Virus record (IMG/VR): IMGVR_UViG_3300030330_001659
Span: 1 to 55,997 of that record
Length of the DNA: 55,997 bases
Reading direction: 5' to 3' (one strand)
DNA from: a virus
Taxonomy: Duplodnaviria; Caudoviricetes
Part shown: positions 28,679 to 36,978 of the stretch, piece by piece
Layout of the letters: every line of letters starts with the position of its first letter
Position numbering within the stretch: position 1 is the stretch's first letter
Notes under the pieces: model-generated
What the model saw: the letters and a program-made list of their open reading frames with translations, nothing else
Databases searched by the model: none
Told to the model about the DNA's origin: nothing
Translations under genes and position numbers: made by a program

Positions 28679-30519
28679 TAGTGTACCTCCGCATATGAGT
28701 TGCCTATTACATAGTTACCACCATCCATGCATTCAACACCAAACCATTTAGGTGCTTCACGAAAAGATTCTTGTAGTATTTCACCTACACGTTTAGAATC
28801 TTTATCACTTGCAATCCATGCTTGCTCGTCATGATAGAATATAGCAGGATAAGCATCAAGCTTTTCCTCTTTAATTTTATTCATAGCATAACTCAAAGCT
28901 GCTTTACAAGTAATACCTTCGGTAGTTTGTAATAGATAATTAAGTACTTGGTAATCAGATCTAGCAAAGATCTTACGACCATCTAGTCCTGGTATACAAC
29001 CATACTGATTAAATACACCACGTAGTTTATTAACTAGCTGCTCAAACCCAGGTAAGTTATTCATAAACTTTTGTCTGGCCTCTTTACCTTTAGGTGCACT
29101 GCTTACTCCTGTAAGAGTTTGGCCAAGCTTTGCATCACCTGCACCAAATAGAATAGCGTAGAGAAAAGACTTAGCCACGCTCCTATTACAACCAAGAACA
29201 TCAGCATTTCGTGTATGTTGATCCCCATTGACCACCAAGTCTGTGTAGGATTTATCTCCCACGTAATGGCATAAACCACGCAGCTGATTCCCAGCGGAAT
29301 CCGCACCAACAACTCGATAACCTGGCTCAGCAATGAATAGTTCCCTAAGCATTCTACCATACGCTGCATCTACTGCTGGTAAGTTAACGATAACTTCGTG
29401 ACGGCATCTAAAGCTAGGAGTACCAATAGTAAACATCCTACCATGAAGACGATAGTTTCCTGTGTTATCTTTCTGAATCCTTTCTAGCCATGATTCGATA
29501 GTAGCTTTGCGGTTCTTAATAGTATAGTACCTATCAATTAGTTTACCTTGTCTACCTAGCTTTGCTAGTGAGGTTGATGTAAGCTTAGGTCCTGTACGTA
29601 TCCAGTCACCTCTGTGACCTCGCTTTACGTTCCAGTCATCTGGTTTCCAGCCAATAGTTAGTAGCCATTGTTTAACTAATTCCATATTACTCAATGTTAC
29701 TTTTTCTATTTTGCTTCTTTGAAACTCCTGACCAGGTTTTATTGGAGGATTATCTGATAAAGCATCTTCACCTATTACATTGTTACCTAAATACTCAGAC
29801 AGTATTCTAGCTGTAGTAGCTGTATACAATCCTTTCTTAGTATACTTAGCAGTTTTAGGTGCTTTATCTATAAATACTTTAGTTGTACCTAGCTTTGGCT
29901 CAATGATAGACTCAATCTTATTCATGTGTCTTGTCATAAGTCGTAGGTTTTCCTGAGCTTTACTCAAGTCAAACAGCCAGCCAGTCTTACGTACTACAGC
30001 TTCGAACTCAGCTACATCATGCTCGACTCTCAAGCCTTTCTTGATTAAGTCATTGATTTGTATAGCTTTTTCTAACTCAGCAAGCAGTACTTCGTAAACT
30101 TTAGTATTTAGTTTTACGTCTTGAATACAGTAATCTATCATTCGAGGATCGTATGTCTTAAATCCATCGGCTGCCCATTCACTGTTATCCATTTTCTTAA
30201 AGCCAAGGTAACCACCCCAGCCTGCCAAGCCATGCTTATGTTGTCGGTTAAACTGCAATGTCTGGCTCATGATCCATGTATCGATCAAGACGGTTTTAGA
30301 AGACGGTTTCCATCCATAAAGTTTGTCCAATGCCATTAAATCAAAACCAATAATGTTATGACCAATCAGTGCATCAGCATTCTTCATGAAGTCTAAGCCA
30401 TTTTGGATGTCGGTAAACGTATAAATCTTTTTACTTACAACGTCTTGACAGACAAGTACATGGCACTTCGTCATATCTTCTAAAAATCCGTCAGTTTCTA
30501 TGTCAAATACTAACTGCAT
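28678..30519 (-). CDS. DNA polymerase, family A (T7-like, with 3'-5' exonuclease)
   Basis: FDIETDG, GHNIIGFD and YCIQDV exonuclease motifs; DSAGNQLR (A), AKSFLYAILFG (B), HDE (C). Confidence 0.95.
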   Translation of the reverse strand: MQLVFDIETDGFLEDMTKCHVLVCQDVVSKKIYTFTDIQNGLDFMKNADALIGHNIIGFDLMALDKLYGWKPSSKTVLIDTWIMSQTLQFNRQHKHGLAGWGGYLGFKKMDNSEWAADGFKTYDPRMIDYCIQDVKLNTKVYEVLLAELEKAIQINDLIKKGLRVEHDVAEFEAVVRKTGWLFDLSKAQENLRLMTRHMNKIESIIEPKLGTTKVFIDKAPKTAKYTKKGLYTATTARILSEYLGNNVIGEDALSDNPPIKPGQEFQRSKIEKVTLSNMELVKQWLLTIGWKPDDWNVKRGHRGDWIRTGPKLTSTSLAKLGRQGKLIDRYYTIKNRKATIESWLERIQKDNTGNYRLHGRMFTIGTPSFRCRHEVIVNLPAVDAAYGRMLRELFIAEPGYRVVGADSAGNQLRGLCHYVGDKSYTDLVVNGDQHTRNADVLGCNRSVAKSFLYAILFGAGDAKLGQTLTGVSSAPKGKEARQKFMNNLPGFEQLVNKLRGVFNQYGCIPGLDGRKIFARSDYQVLNYLLQTTEGITCKAALSYAMNKIKEEKLDAYPAIFYHDEQAWIASDKDSKRVGEILQESFREAPKWFGVECMDGGNYVIGNSYAEVH

Positions 30520-30547
30520 ATTTTTCCTTTCTAATATACTTTTAGTA

Positions 30548-30566
30548 GCGCGGGTTTATCCCGCGC
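30548..30566 (-). promoter_or_regulatory. Hairpin element (candidate vRNAP promoter) upstream of the polA-to-RNAP operon
   Basis: + strand GCGCGGG-TTTAT-CCCGCGC with flank ATACTTTTAGTAG matching the family consensus; ~29 nt before the polA start. Confidence 0.6.
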
Positions 30567-30762
30567 CTTTAAGTTCTTCTTCATACTTTTCTATTCGATT
30601 CTTTAAAACGATTATAGTTGTGTCAAACACTAGTATTGCGTCAAGCTTTTTATCACGCACTCTTGCATTTTGAATGTCGGTTAATGCTTTAACTTCTATC
30701 CTTAAGTGATTGATATGATTCATTAATTTACTTCTGCTCATAGTCTGGTTCGTCATCAACAT
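30556..30762 (-). CDS. Hypothetical coiled-coil protein
   Basis: 68 aa ORF packed in the operon. Confidence 0.6.
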   Translation of the reverse strand: MLMTNQTMSRSKLMNHINHLRIEVKALTDIQNARVRDKKLDAILVFDTTIIVLKNRIEKYEEELKGAG

Positions 30763-31276
30763 AATCCTTTCTTAAAAAGTAATGAGTGATTCCTGTGTTA
30801 TTTGTATGGTCTGGGTCAACCCACTCTTCAGGCTTTATCATGTCAGGTAAACCTAAAGTATTAGGTCTAGACTCTTTTTGACCTACCTTTTTACTCATAT
30901 TAGCACGATGTACTCTATGCCAAGCAGTATGAGCATCAACTTGTAATATGTCTAATGTACCTATTGCGATAACACATAAGTCAATCAAACCGTCTACAAT
31001 ATCATCCGCATGTCGGTACTTTACTGCTTCTTTAGTCTCATGTAGTTCCTCATCAAGGAATCTTAAACGAAACTGTAGAAATTCGTGTAAAGAATAATAA
31101 TCTTTTTCTTGTAGTTTTCTTTTAACCCAATCATGCACCCCGAATTTGAGGTGCATGTCTCTAATATTTTTAGGCCAGTCAGTATCGCTACTTACCTTAG
31201 ACCATTTAGCATTCATATCTTTCTCCTGTTTTAATTTCCATAACATCCAGTCATAGTATCTTTCTGGTTCACGCAT
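30728..31276 (-). CDS. MazG-like/all-alpha NTP pyrophosphohydrolase
   Basis: FLDEELHE..EA, IVDGLIDL and VHRANMSK motifs. Confidence 0.8.
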   Translation of the reverse strand: MREPERYYDWMLWKLKQEKDMNAKWSKVSSDTDWPKNIRDMHLKFGVHDWVKRKLQEKDYYSLHEFLQFRLRFLDEELHETKEAVKYRHADDIVDGLIDLCVIAIGTLDILQVDAHTAWHRVHRANMSKKVGQKESRPNTLGLPDMIKPEEWVDPDHTNNTGITHYFLRKDYVDDEPDYEQK

Positions 31277-32108
31277 ATCTTAAGTCATTGGCTTTTTCAG
31301 AAGATCCTAATCTACCACCTATCTCTTTAATAGGCGGAAACCTTTTATTAAAGTCTTTGCTTTGTGTATTAATGCATTTCCATAACACGTTTCTTGACAT
31401 GCTAGGATACAACGGTGCAAAGATAGTTGCAAGGTAGTTTGTATCGTAGTACTCACTAAGCTTTGTATACAGGTACTTTGTGTTACCGTCAAGCTCATGC
31501 TTGTAGTCTTTTTGTGAAGCAAACGTACCATAATGATCTATTATTTGAAAGCCTTTTGCTTCTAACAAAGCACCAAACGCTCGGTAAGTCATTTCATTTA
31601 CGTGGTTCTTAGCTGCTCCTACCTTTTCATCATAACACGGTGTTGAGAAGTAACATGTACCACCTTGTACTACTACATCAGCTAGCTTATCTAAAATTGC
31701 TATTGCCTTTGTCGGTTCAACATGCTCAAGCACTTCAAGACAAACACTAACATTAAAGCTATCTTCCATAATGTCGGTTTGTGTAAAGTCTACGTTGTCT
31801 ATTAGATGTGGCTGAAACGTAGTGTTATCAAACATATGTGGCATTTCCATTTTGTTGTACTCAATACCTACATAGCTTCTTGGTGCCATACGGTTTGTCA
31901 TTAGCATTCTAGCTAACGGCATATCTTTACCACAACCTACATCTATTATGTCGGCTTCTTTATACTTACCACCAAGGTTTAGATCCTTAGCTATCTTGGT
32001 CCATCGTAAGCAGTGGGCTATATAGTCTCTATGTATAAAGCCTCTAGCTTCTGCTTGGTCTATACTTAAATGCGTATTATCTATTTCTTTTCCTCTAGCG
32101 TTAGCCAT
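31269..32108 (-). CDS. Class I SAM-dependent methyltransferase
   Basis: IIDVGCG motif I, YVGIE, CLEVLEHV, FSTP and HVNE; no DNA-MTase DPPY or PC motif. Confidence 0.85.
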   Translation of the reverse strand: MANARGKEIDNTHLSIDQAEARGFIHRDYIAHCLRWTKIAKDLNLGGKYKEADIIDVGCGKDMPLARMLMTNRMAPRSYVGIEYNKMEMPHMFDNTTFQPHLIDNVDFTQTDIMEDSFNVSVCLEVLEHVEPTKAIAILDKLADVVVQGGTCYFSTPCYDEKVGAAKNHVNEMTYRAFGALLEAKGFQIIDHYGTFASQKDYKHELDGNTKYLYTKLSEYYDTNYLATIFAPLYPSMSRNVLWKCINTQSKDFNKRFPPIKEIGGRLGSSEKANDLRYA

Positions 32109-32117
32109 GTTATCTCC

Positions 32118-32210
32118 TTAAAATATTATTCCGTGTATTACTGCGTTAAGTGCTAGTGTCATAGCTATTATTAAACCTAAAATTAGTAACAGTGCTTCTC
32201 CTTCATTCAT
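32118..32210 (-). CDS. Small hydrophobic peptide, 30 aa
   Basis: MNEGEALLLILGLIIAMTLALNAVIHGIIF; overlaps the upstream stop and fills the gap. Confidence 0.6.
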   Translation of the reverse strand: MNEGEALLLILGLIIAMTLALNAVIHGIIF

Positions 32211-32430
32211 GACAAAAATTCCTAAAAAATTTACATTGATTATTATCTCGACAAACTCTTTCGTGCTTGGCGGTTTCCCAACAGTCAGACTTCCATGGGT
32301 CTGTATATTTCTTTACTAGTCTATCCCATGTATCGTCTATAGTCATTAGTCCTGCAAGTGGTAACACTAGCATTAGCATTACCACCCAGAAAAAAGCCCA
32401 ACCAAATCCTTCGTTATGATATGGTTTCAT
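32203..32430 (-). CDS. Small membrane protein with Cys-rich C-terminus
   Basis: 75 aa, one TM helix. Confidence 0.65.
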   Translation of the reverse strand: MKPYHNEGFGWAFFWVVMLMLVLPLAGLMTIDDTWDRLVKKYTDPWKSDCWETAKHERVCRDNNQCKFFRNFCHE

Positions 32431-32924
32431 ACATCAATACCTTTCTCTTCATAGTATTTACTTACATGATAAGCAGCAGCTTCATATAGTTCAGTTAAGT
32501 TTTCATTTAACGTTTCTTTAGAAACTTTAGTTTCTTTCAATTTATTTATTAAGTCGGTTGCAAGATCAGTACATGCTGCATCATATCTTCTATCAACTAG
32601 GTTTCTAGTTTTTTCAGCTTGTTCTTTTAATAGTATATGTCTTTCAGTTAGTACTTTATCCATTGCATCTACAATTTGTTTTTGTAGTTTAGATTCACCT
32701 AAGTTTTCAGCTTGCTTTATACCTTCACGTACTAAACTAAATGCAGTTCTGTAAGCGTCAGCTACTTCGTTATTATTAATCTTAAATGCTTCCTGAGCTA
32801 GGTTATCTAACGCATCGGTTGTTTGTTTAAAAGCCATTCTTATAGATGGGAATTTTAGTAAGTTATTAGTCATCATATGCTCCCATTTCGTAATCAACTG
32901 GTACTGAGTAATGATAATCATCAA
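32427..32924 (-). CDS. Hypothetical helical protein (true start probably ~32876)
   Basis: ORF track; GGAG RBS before MMTNNLLKFP. Confidence 0.65.
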   Translation of the reverse strand: MMIIITQYQLITKWEHMMTNNLLKFPSIRMAFKQTTDALDNLAQEAFKINNNEVADAYRTAFSLVREGIKQAENLGESKLQKQIVDAMDKVLTERHILLKEQAEKTRNLVDRRYDAACTDLATDLINKLKETKVSKETLNENLTELYEAAAYHVSKYYEEKGIDV

Positions 32925-33567
32925 TCAAATGAAAATGTCTGGGATACACATGTAAGCTTTGTGCTTGCCATACAATCTGACCTTCTTCGTATCCAAGATC
33001 TTTACACAATCTACGCAAGACGGTACGTTGCCAGAATAAATCGTTTATATAACCAAACACAGCATCATTAGATCTCATCTGTACTACAGCATGTATCAAT
33101 TTATTTTTGATGTAATACGTTACTGCATTAGTACAAACAAAATCGTTCTTACCGTGTTCTCTGTACTGAGTGTGCATACCCGGATTAGTATACACCATTG
33201 TAGCTCTACGTGATTTAGGGTTTTGTTTTAGCTCTTGAAGTACATATTCATATTGAGTTCCGTTAAGAGCGCTATACACGAGATAGCCATAATTAGAATT
33301 AATGTCGCCTTTACTATTCGCCGCATGCTCTTTCCAAATGACTGGTACTTTTCCATATTCTTTCTTTAACTCCCTAAGATTTAAGCTAAGTGTATCATAC
33401 CACCTGACCTCAGCTTCTTGATATTCACGATTCGGTTTACCAAATATTGTCGGTTCAGTTGCTAAAAAGCTAGCACCTATGATTTCAAGATTACCATCAG
33501 GCTGTATCTCTTTGTCCCGATACATATCAATAAATGTTGTGCGTATATCTTTTACTGTGTCAGTCAT
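32866..33567 (-). CDS. Thymidylate-synthase-family dCMP hydroxymethylase (T4 gp42-like)
   Basis: NSNYG, SRRA, DFVCTN, MRSNDAVFGYIND (Asp at the position of ThyA Asn177) and SLHVYPRHF. Confidence 0.85.
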   Translation of the reverse strand: MTDTVKDIRTTFIDMYRDKEIQPDGNLEIIGASFLATEPTIFGKPNREYQEAEVRWYDTLSLNLRELKKEYGKVPVIWKEHAANSKGDINSNYGYLVYSALNGTQYEYVLQELKQNPKSRRATMVYTNPGMHTQYREHGKNDFVCTNAVTYYIKNKLIHAVVQMRSNDAVFGYINDLFWQRTVLRRLCKDLGYEEGQIVWQAQSLHVYPRHFHLIDDYHYSVPVDYEMGAYDD

Positions 33568-33874
33568 TATCTATCCTTTTGTTACCAGCATAGTTTCTTT
33601 CCATCCATACAATACAACGTGCTGCATAGTTAATCAGATCTCTAAGACAATCATCTGCTGTATCGTAGTTTATATCGCCTTTTTGTTCCATAACAGATCT
33701 AAAGCGTAACACTTTAGTTGTTAGCATAGTATCAAATGACTGCCATCCATGCGGGTAATAGTCATCGTCACACACAGAACCGCCTTGATAGTCCTTACCT
33801 TTCTTTTCCATTAAGGCTGCGCACTCTTTCAGTACGGTTATTGCGTCATGTAAATAAGTTTCTCCATATGTCAA
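33560..33874 (-). CDS. Nucleotide-modification-associated domain protein (DUF1599/Nmad1-like)
   Basis: KKGKDY...KVLR...DCLRDLINYA pattern. Confidence 0.7.
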   Translation of the reverse strand: MTYGETYLHDAITVLKECAALMEKKGKDYQGGSVCDDDYYPHGWQSFDTMLTTKVLRFRSVMEQKGDINYDTADDCLRDLINYAARCIVWMERNYAGNKRIDND

Positions 33875-34095
33875 TGTAATGTCTCCTTTACTACGTTTTC
33901 CGATATAACACTTTGTTTAACACATTCAGATAATAGTGTGCCAATAGTATCCCATTCCATTTCCTCAGATCGGTATACAAAAATAGCAATGGCGAGCAAA
34001 CAGCCCGCCACCGCAAATGGATCATGTTCTTCTTCTGTTAACTCTACTACGGTCTGCATAATGCGTTCATGTATTTTTATGGTTGGGTTTGTCAT
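33871..34095 (-). CDS. Hypothetical protein
   Basis: 74 aa, ATGA-coupled to both neighbours. Confidence 0.7.
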   Translation of the reverse strand: MTNPTIKIHERIMQTVVELTEEEHDPFAVAGCLLAIAIFVYRSEEMEWDTIGTLLSECVKQSVISENVVKETLH

Positions 34096-34373
34096 ACTGC
34101 CGTGATCTCCTCTATATCTGCACGGTAGTTTTCAATTACATACTGACAAACTTTATCCCATGTGTTATACTTTTCGCCTTCGATATCTACTGCCACTCCA
34201 TCGAACTCCTCATCATCACAGCATAATTGGAAATTACTATCCCATTCTATGCTACCATAGCAGTGAATCTCTCCGCCGTCAGGCTTAACGAATACATACT
34301 TATCATTTTCTTGTGTCGTTGTATTGTCTACACTCATAACATTCTCCATTGTAAACTCGTCTGATCGCCACAT
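34092..34373 (-). CDS. Acidic hypothetical protein
   Basis: 93 aa ORF; start uncertain. Confidence 0.65.
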   Translation of the reverse strand: MWRSDEFTMENVMSVDNTTTQENDKYVFVKPDGGEIHCYGSIEWDSNFQLCCDDEEFDGVAVDIEGEKYNTWDKVCQYVIENYRADIEEITAV

Positions 34374-34465
34374 CAGATAAACCCTAAAGTATCTTACTAC
34401 TTATGTCACGTTATACATTAAGTCCTCTCGTGCTAAGAAGGCGTAGTACTGGGCGAGTATTCTGT

Positions 34466-34546
34466 TTAATAATATTCTGCTAGATACCAGACGATGTAGG
34501 CCAATGCTGCACCGCCTCCGAAACTATATAGTATAAGCTCAAGCAT
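34466..34546 (-). CDS. Small hydrophobic peptide, 26 aa
   Basis: MLELILYSFGGGAALAYIVWYLAEYY; start overlaps the upstream stop. Confidence 0.5.
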   Translation of the reverse strand: MLELILYSFGGGAALAYIVWYLAEYY

Positions 34547-34847
34547 TATAATACTTTGGTATGTCGTTAACATAAACGTCATAATGCGTAGCCTTATCTA
34601 ATGGTAGGTAGCAGTCATAAGCTCTTGGGTGTAATCCTTCTAATCTAGCCCATGAGGTTCTTGGACCACGACCCATTAGTCTTACTCTCATTTTGGTTCC
34701 CCAGCCTCTCTCGCTGTTCATAGTTTTTACGTTCTTCTTTAATTCTATGATAGCAGGATCATTTCGGTTTGTTACAGTAAACTTATAACCGCTCATTGGG
34801 AATCGTTCTTTAGTTACTCTATGTATTGCTGTTGTTGCTTTCTTCAT
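34539..34847 (-). CDS. Basic hypothetical protein
   Basis: 102 aa, AGGAG RBS, RLMGRGPR motif. Confidence 0.75.
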   Translation of the reverse strand: MKKATTAIHRVTKERFPMSGYKFTVTNRNDPAIIELKKNVKTMNSERGWGTKMRVRLMGRGPRTSWARLEGLHPRAYDCYLPLDKATHYDVYVNDIPKYYNA

Positions 34848-34856
34848 GCTATTCTC

Positions 34857-35069
34857 CTAATTAGCTAATTCAAAATCTTCTTGCAGTTTCTCTTCTCGCT
34901 TATTGTTCATCCATTCTTGTAAGCAAGCTACTGCATCTTTCTTATCGAGGTTAAAGTCGTCTACTAGATACGTACATGCACCGAACATATTACATTCGCC
35001 GCTTTCCCTGAGGCTGTCAAGGAACTTAAAACATTCTTTCTTGTAAGTTTTTGTGAGGTTTCTAGGCAT
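34857..35069 (-). CDS. Conserved hypothetical phage protein
   Basis: FLDSLRESGECNMFGA..YL motif. Confidence 0.75.
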   Translation of the reverse strand: MPRNLTKTYKKECFKFLDSLRESGECNMFGACTYLVDDFNLDKKDAVACLQEWMNNKREEKLQEDFELAN

Positions 35070-35253
35070 GATGTCTATCTATCCTTTCTTGATCTTTTTC
35101 GCTTAATTCTTGATATCTTACATACTTAGCTACTGGTACATCTGCTAGACTATATAATCCGCCTAGTCTACCCCATTCGTCTACTGGGTATGTCATTGCT
35201 TTATACGGAACTTGTTGAGTTTGGGAATCGTTTTGTTCCATGCTTACCTCCAT
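35062..35253 (-). CDS. Hypothetical protein
   Basis: 63 aa; YPVDEWGRLGG; GGAGG RBS before the internal MEQ start. Confidence 0.6.
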   Translation of the reverse strand: MEVSMEQNDSQTQQVPYKAMTYPVDEWGRLGGLYSLADVPVAKYVRYQELSEKDQERIDRHHA

Positions 35254-35440
35254 CTTCTGATATGCAATTAGTTTCTGCTACTTTATATTTAGGTAGGACT
35301 CGCAAAGCATCTCGCTGCATTTCGTCGGTTCTGTTAATGCAATGCTCAATAGCATTATACGGTCCTCTGTTATCGGATAGTAATATGCAATCAGGTAAAC
35401 CCATTGCTAATTTACATACGATTATGGTTGCATAAATCAT
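35201..35440 (-). CDS. Hypothetical protein with hydrophobic N-terminus and spaced Cys
   Basis: 79 aa; C..C..GPY...C pattern. Confidence 0.65.
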   Translation of the reverse strand: MIYATIIVCKLAMGLPDCILLSDNRGPYNAIEHCINRTDEMQRDALRVLPKYKVAETNCISEDGGKHGTKRFPNSTSSV

Positions 35441-35441
35441 T

Positions 35442-35729
35442 TCAACAACCTCGGTGAACTGGCTCTTCTTCTTCTGTAGCTAACCTTTTTTGCTCGTCAA
35501 CGATTAGCTCCTTGAGATACCACTCTGCTTTCTTAAGATCATTTATTGCTTGACCTTTGGCGCGATAACGCCAAATGTATTTCATGATGTTACCTTGCAA
35601 GTACCCTTGATACCCTTCACCAGTGGCTGCTTTGATTGCTTCAATGCACTCAACGTCGCCTTGTTTGTAATGTGGTGGACTATTGACAATGAGCTCGTCA
35701 ATGGTCATGAAGTCTTTTGCTAGTTTCAT
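35442..35729 (-). CDS. DUF3310 (SaV-like) protein
   Basis: VNSPPHY, ECIEAI, GNIMKYIWRY and DLKKAEWYL motifs. Confidence 0.88.
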   Translation of the reverse strand: MKLAKDFMTIDELIVNSPPHYKQGDVECIEAIKAATGEGYQGYLQGNIMKYIWRYRAKGQAINDLKKAEWYLKELIVDEQKRLATEEEEPVHRGC

Positions 35730-35760
35730 TGTGACTCTTTCTAATGGTTAGTTCAGGCAG

Positions 35761-35777
35761 CGCGAGCTTGTCTCGCG
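35761..35777 (-). promoter_or_regulatory. Hairpin element (candidate vRNAP promoter)
   Basis: + strand CGCGAG-CTTGT-CTCGCG, flank TTAGTTCAGGCAG; 32 nt before the DUF3310 start. Confidence 0.7.
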
Positions 35778-35833
35778 GTAAAAGGGAACTGCGTGACGCC
35801 CTGAACCCCGTTGTCGGTTATGTAAAATTTACC

Positions 35834-35902
35834 CTTGCCCCCATAGGCCGCCCGTTGGCACGCTTAGTATAAGCGCACGCCAACGAGGACTATGAGGACA
35901 AG
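35834..35902 (-). other. Long imperfect RNA hairpin (~28 bp)
   Basis: Arms pair 35834-35866 with 35870-35902; four C.A mismatches on + become G-U pairs on the minus (sense) strand. Confidence 0.65.
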
Positions 35903-35929
35903 CAGTAGGAGGATTGATATGGTAAACAT
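35864..35929 (-). CDS. Small hydrophobic peptide, 21 aa
   Basis: MFTISILLLLVLIVLVGVRLY; TAATG coupling to the upstream peptide. Confidence 0.6.
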   Translation of the reverse strand: MFTISILLLLVLIVLVGVRLY

Positions 35930-36000
35930 TAATGCCTTTCCTGAAGTACAATGAGGCCGAATATAACGACCCCAAGGACTATAAAGAACGACACAGACAT
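35929..36000 (-). CDS. Small hydrophobic peptide, 23 aa
   Basis: MSVSFFIVLGVVIFGLIVLQERH; TGATG coupling to the SSB stop. Confidence 0.6.
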   Translation of the reverse strand: MSVSFFIVLGVVIFGLIVLQERH

Positions 36001-36500
36001 CAGAATGGCAACTGCTTTTCTGACGGCTCAGACGTAGCTACACTAGGTGCAGACTCGATAGCTTCGAAGCCTGCTGTAGGCGTGTACTCTACGAGGTCTA
36101 CAACTTGAACTGCAGTAAGCGAAGTAGCAACACCTTTACGACCTGGTGCTTCGTACTCATACTGCCACAAGTTGACATTAACCTTGGAACCGTTGCCGAT
36201 ATTAGTGCCATCAAGAGACTGTAGCTTAGAATCTACGATCTTGACAGGCGCATTCGGATTGCCATCGGCTTTGATACCTTTACGCTTTAGGTTAACATTA
36301 AAGGTCTTATCGTCATCTTTATCTTGCTTGACATTAAGACCATAATCTTTGAGCTCTTGAACTTTAGCAGCATCAGAGGTCTGTATCACCATTTCCCATT
36401 GCTTAGAACCGAATGGGTTAACGGGTGCGTCAGTACCTGAGATACGACAAAACTTAGCTGTAAGATCTTTTATGATTATAGAACGAGGATATGTACTCAC
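36000..36500 (-). CDS. Phage single-stranded DNA-binding protein (gp2.5-like OB fold)
   Basis: IGNGSKVNV and LTAVQVVDLVEY motifs; low-complexity tail ending LPF; GTG start with AAGGAG. Confidence 0.8.
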   Translation of the reverse strand: MSTYPRSIIIKDLTAKFCRISGTDAPVNPFGSKQWEMVIQTSDAAKVQELKDYGLNVKQDKDDDKTFNVNLKRKGIKADGNPNAPVKIVDSKLQSLDGTNIGNGSKVNVNLWQYEYEAPGRKGVATSLTAVQVVDLVEYTPTAGFEAIESAPSVATSEPSEKQLPF

Positions 36501-36545
36501 GACTTTACTCCTTTATAGTTTAGATTAAAAGATTAGTATATGCAA

Positions 36546-36562
36546 CGCGAGCTTGTCTCGCG
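36546..36562 (-). promoter_or_regulatory. Hairpin element (candidate vRNAP promoter)
   Basis: Identical 17-mer to 35761-35777, flank TTAGTATATGCAA; 46 nt before the SSB start. Confidence 0.7.
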
Positions 36563-36571
36563 CTACAAGGG

Positions 36572-36703
36572 TTAACTAGGATACTTGTTACTAATAAAGT
36601 GATCGACATTGAGATTATTAGAAACGATATGGATAATCTCGTCGACACCTAGCGCCACATTATACACTGCAAGCGCATAGTCAAAGATTTCTTGATGTGT
36701 CAT
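36572..36703 (-). CDS. Small hypothetical protein, 43 aa
   Basis: MTHQEIFDYALAVY...; AAGGGAG RBS. Confidence 0.6.
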   Translation of the reverse strand: MTHQEIFDYALAVYNVALGVDEIIHIVSNNLNVDHFISNKYPS

Positions 36704-36735
36704 AACAACTCCCTTATAAGAAATACTACGAGCAA

Positions 36736-36752
36736 TGCCAGCTTGTCTGGCA
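36736..36752 (-). promoter_or_regulatory. Hairpin element (candidate vRNAP promoter)
   Basis: + strand TGCCAG-CTTGT-CTGGCA, flank ATACTACGAGCAA; 33 nt before the next start. Confidence 0.7.
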
Positions 36753-36865
36753 CATACAATACCCCTAGCCAGGTGGCCATTGAGAGACACATGACTATCT
36801 CGAAAATCACCCTATTATTATACTCTTAGAGGTATAAGGGTAACTTAACCGGCCCCACAACCCCC

Positions 36866-36881
36866 TCTCTAATAGGGGACA
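36866..36881 (-). promoter_or_regulatory. Candidate phage-RNAP promoter (linear class) facing the replication arm
   Basis: Reverse complement TGTCCCCTATTAGAGA is identical to the copy at 41037. Confidence 0.8.
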
Positions 36882-36915
36882 GGCACATTTTCAGCAAATC
36901 ACTTCCTACCAGAAA

Positions 36916-36932
36916 CATGCGCTTGTCGGACA
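36916..36932 (-). promoter_or_regulatory. Degenerate copy of the hairpin element
   Basis: G-CTTGT-C core and flank TTCCTACCAGAAA are retained, but the stem is mostly broken. Confidence 0.35.
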
Positions 36933-36978
36933 TACGGGTAAATATATCGGTGTCGGTACTTGAAACACCGGTCAGGCT

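Noticed and set aside
31681-31696. TAG-CTTAT-CTA as another hairpin element
   Set aside because: Only a 3-bp stem, inside a coding region, without the conserved flank.
31269-32108. DNA adenine/cytosine methyltransferase call
   Set aside because: No DPPY/NPPY or PC catalytic motif; it resembles small-molecule class I methyltransferases.
32866-33567. Calling this gene thyA
   Set aside because: Asp at the Asn177 position and T4 gp42-like motifs indicate dCMP rather than dUMP specificity.
35938-35965. CTGAAG...TGAGGCCGAA resembling a hammerhead ribozyme core
   Set aside because: The CUGANGA and GAAA core and flanking stems are incomplete, and the region encodes a peptide on the other strand.
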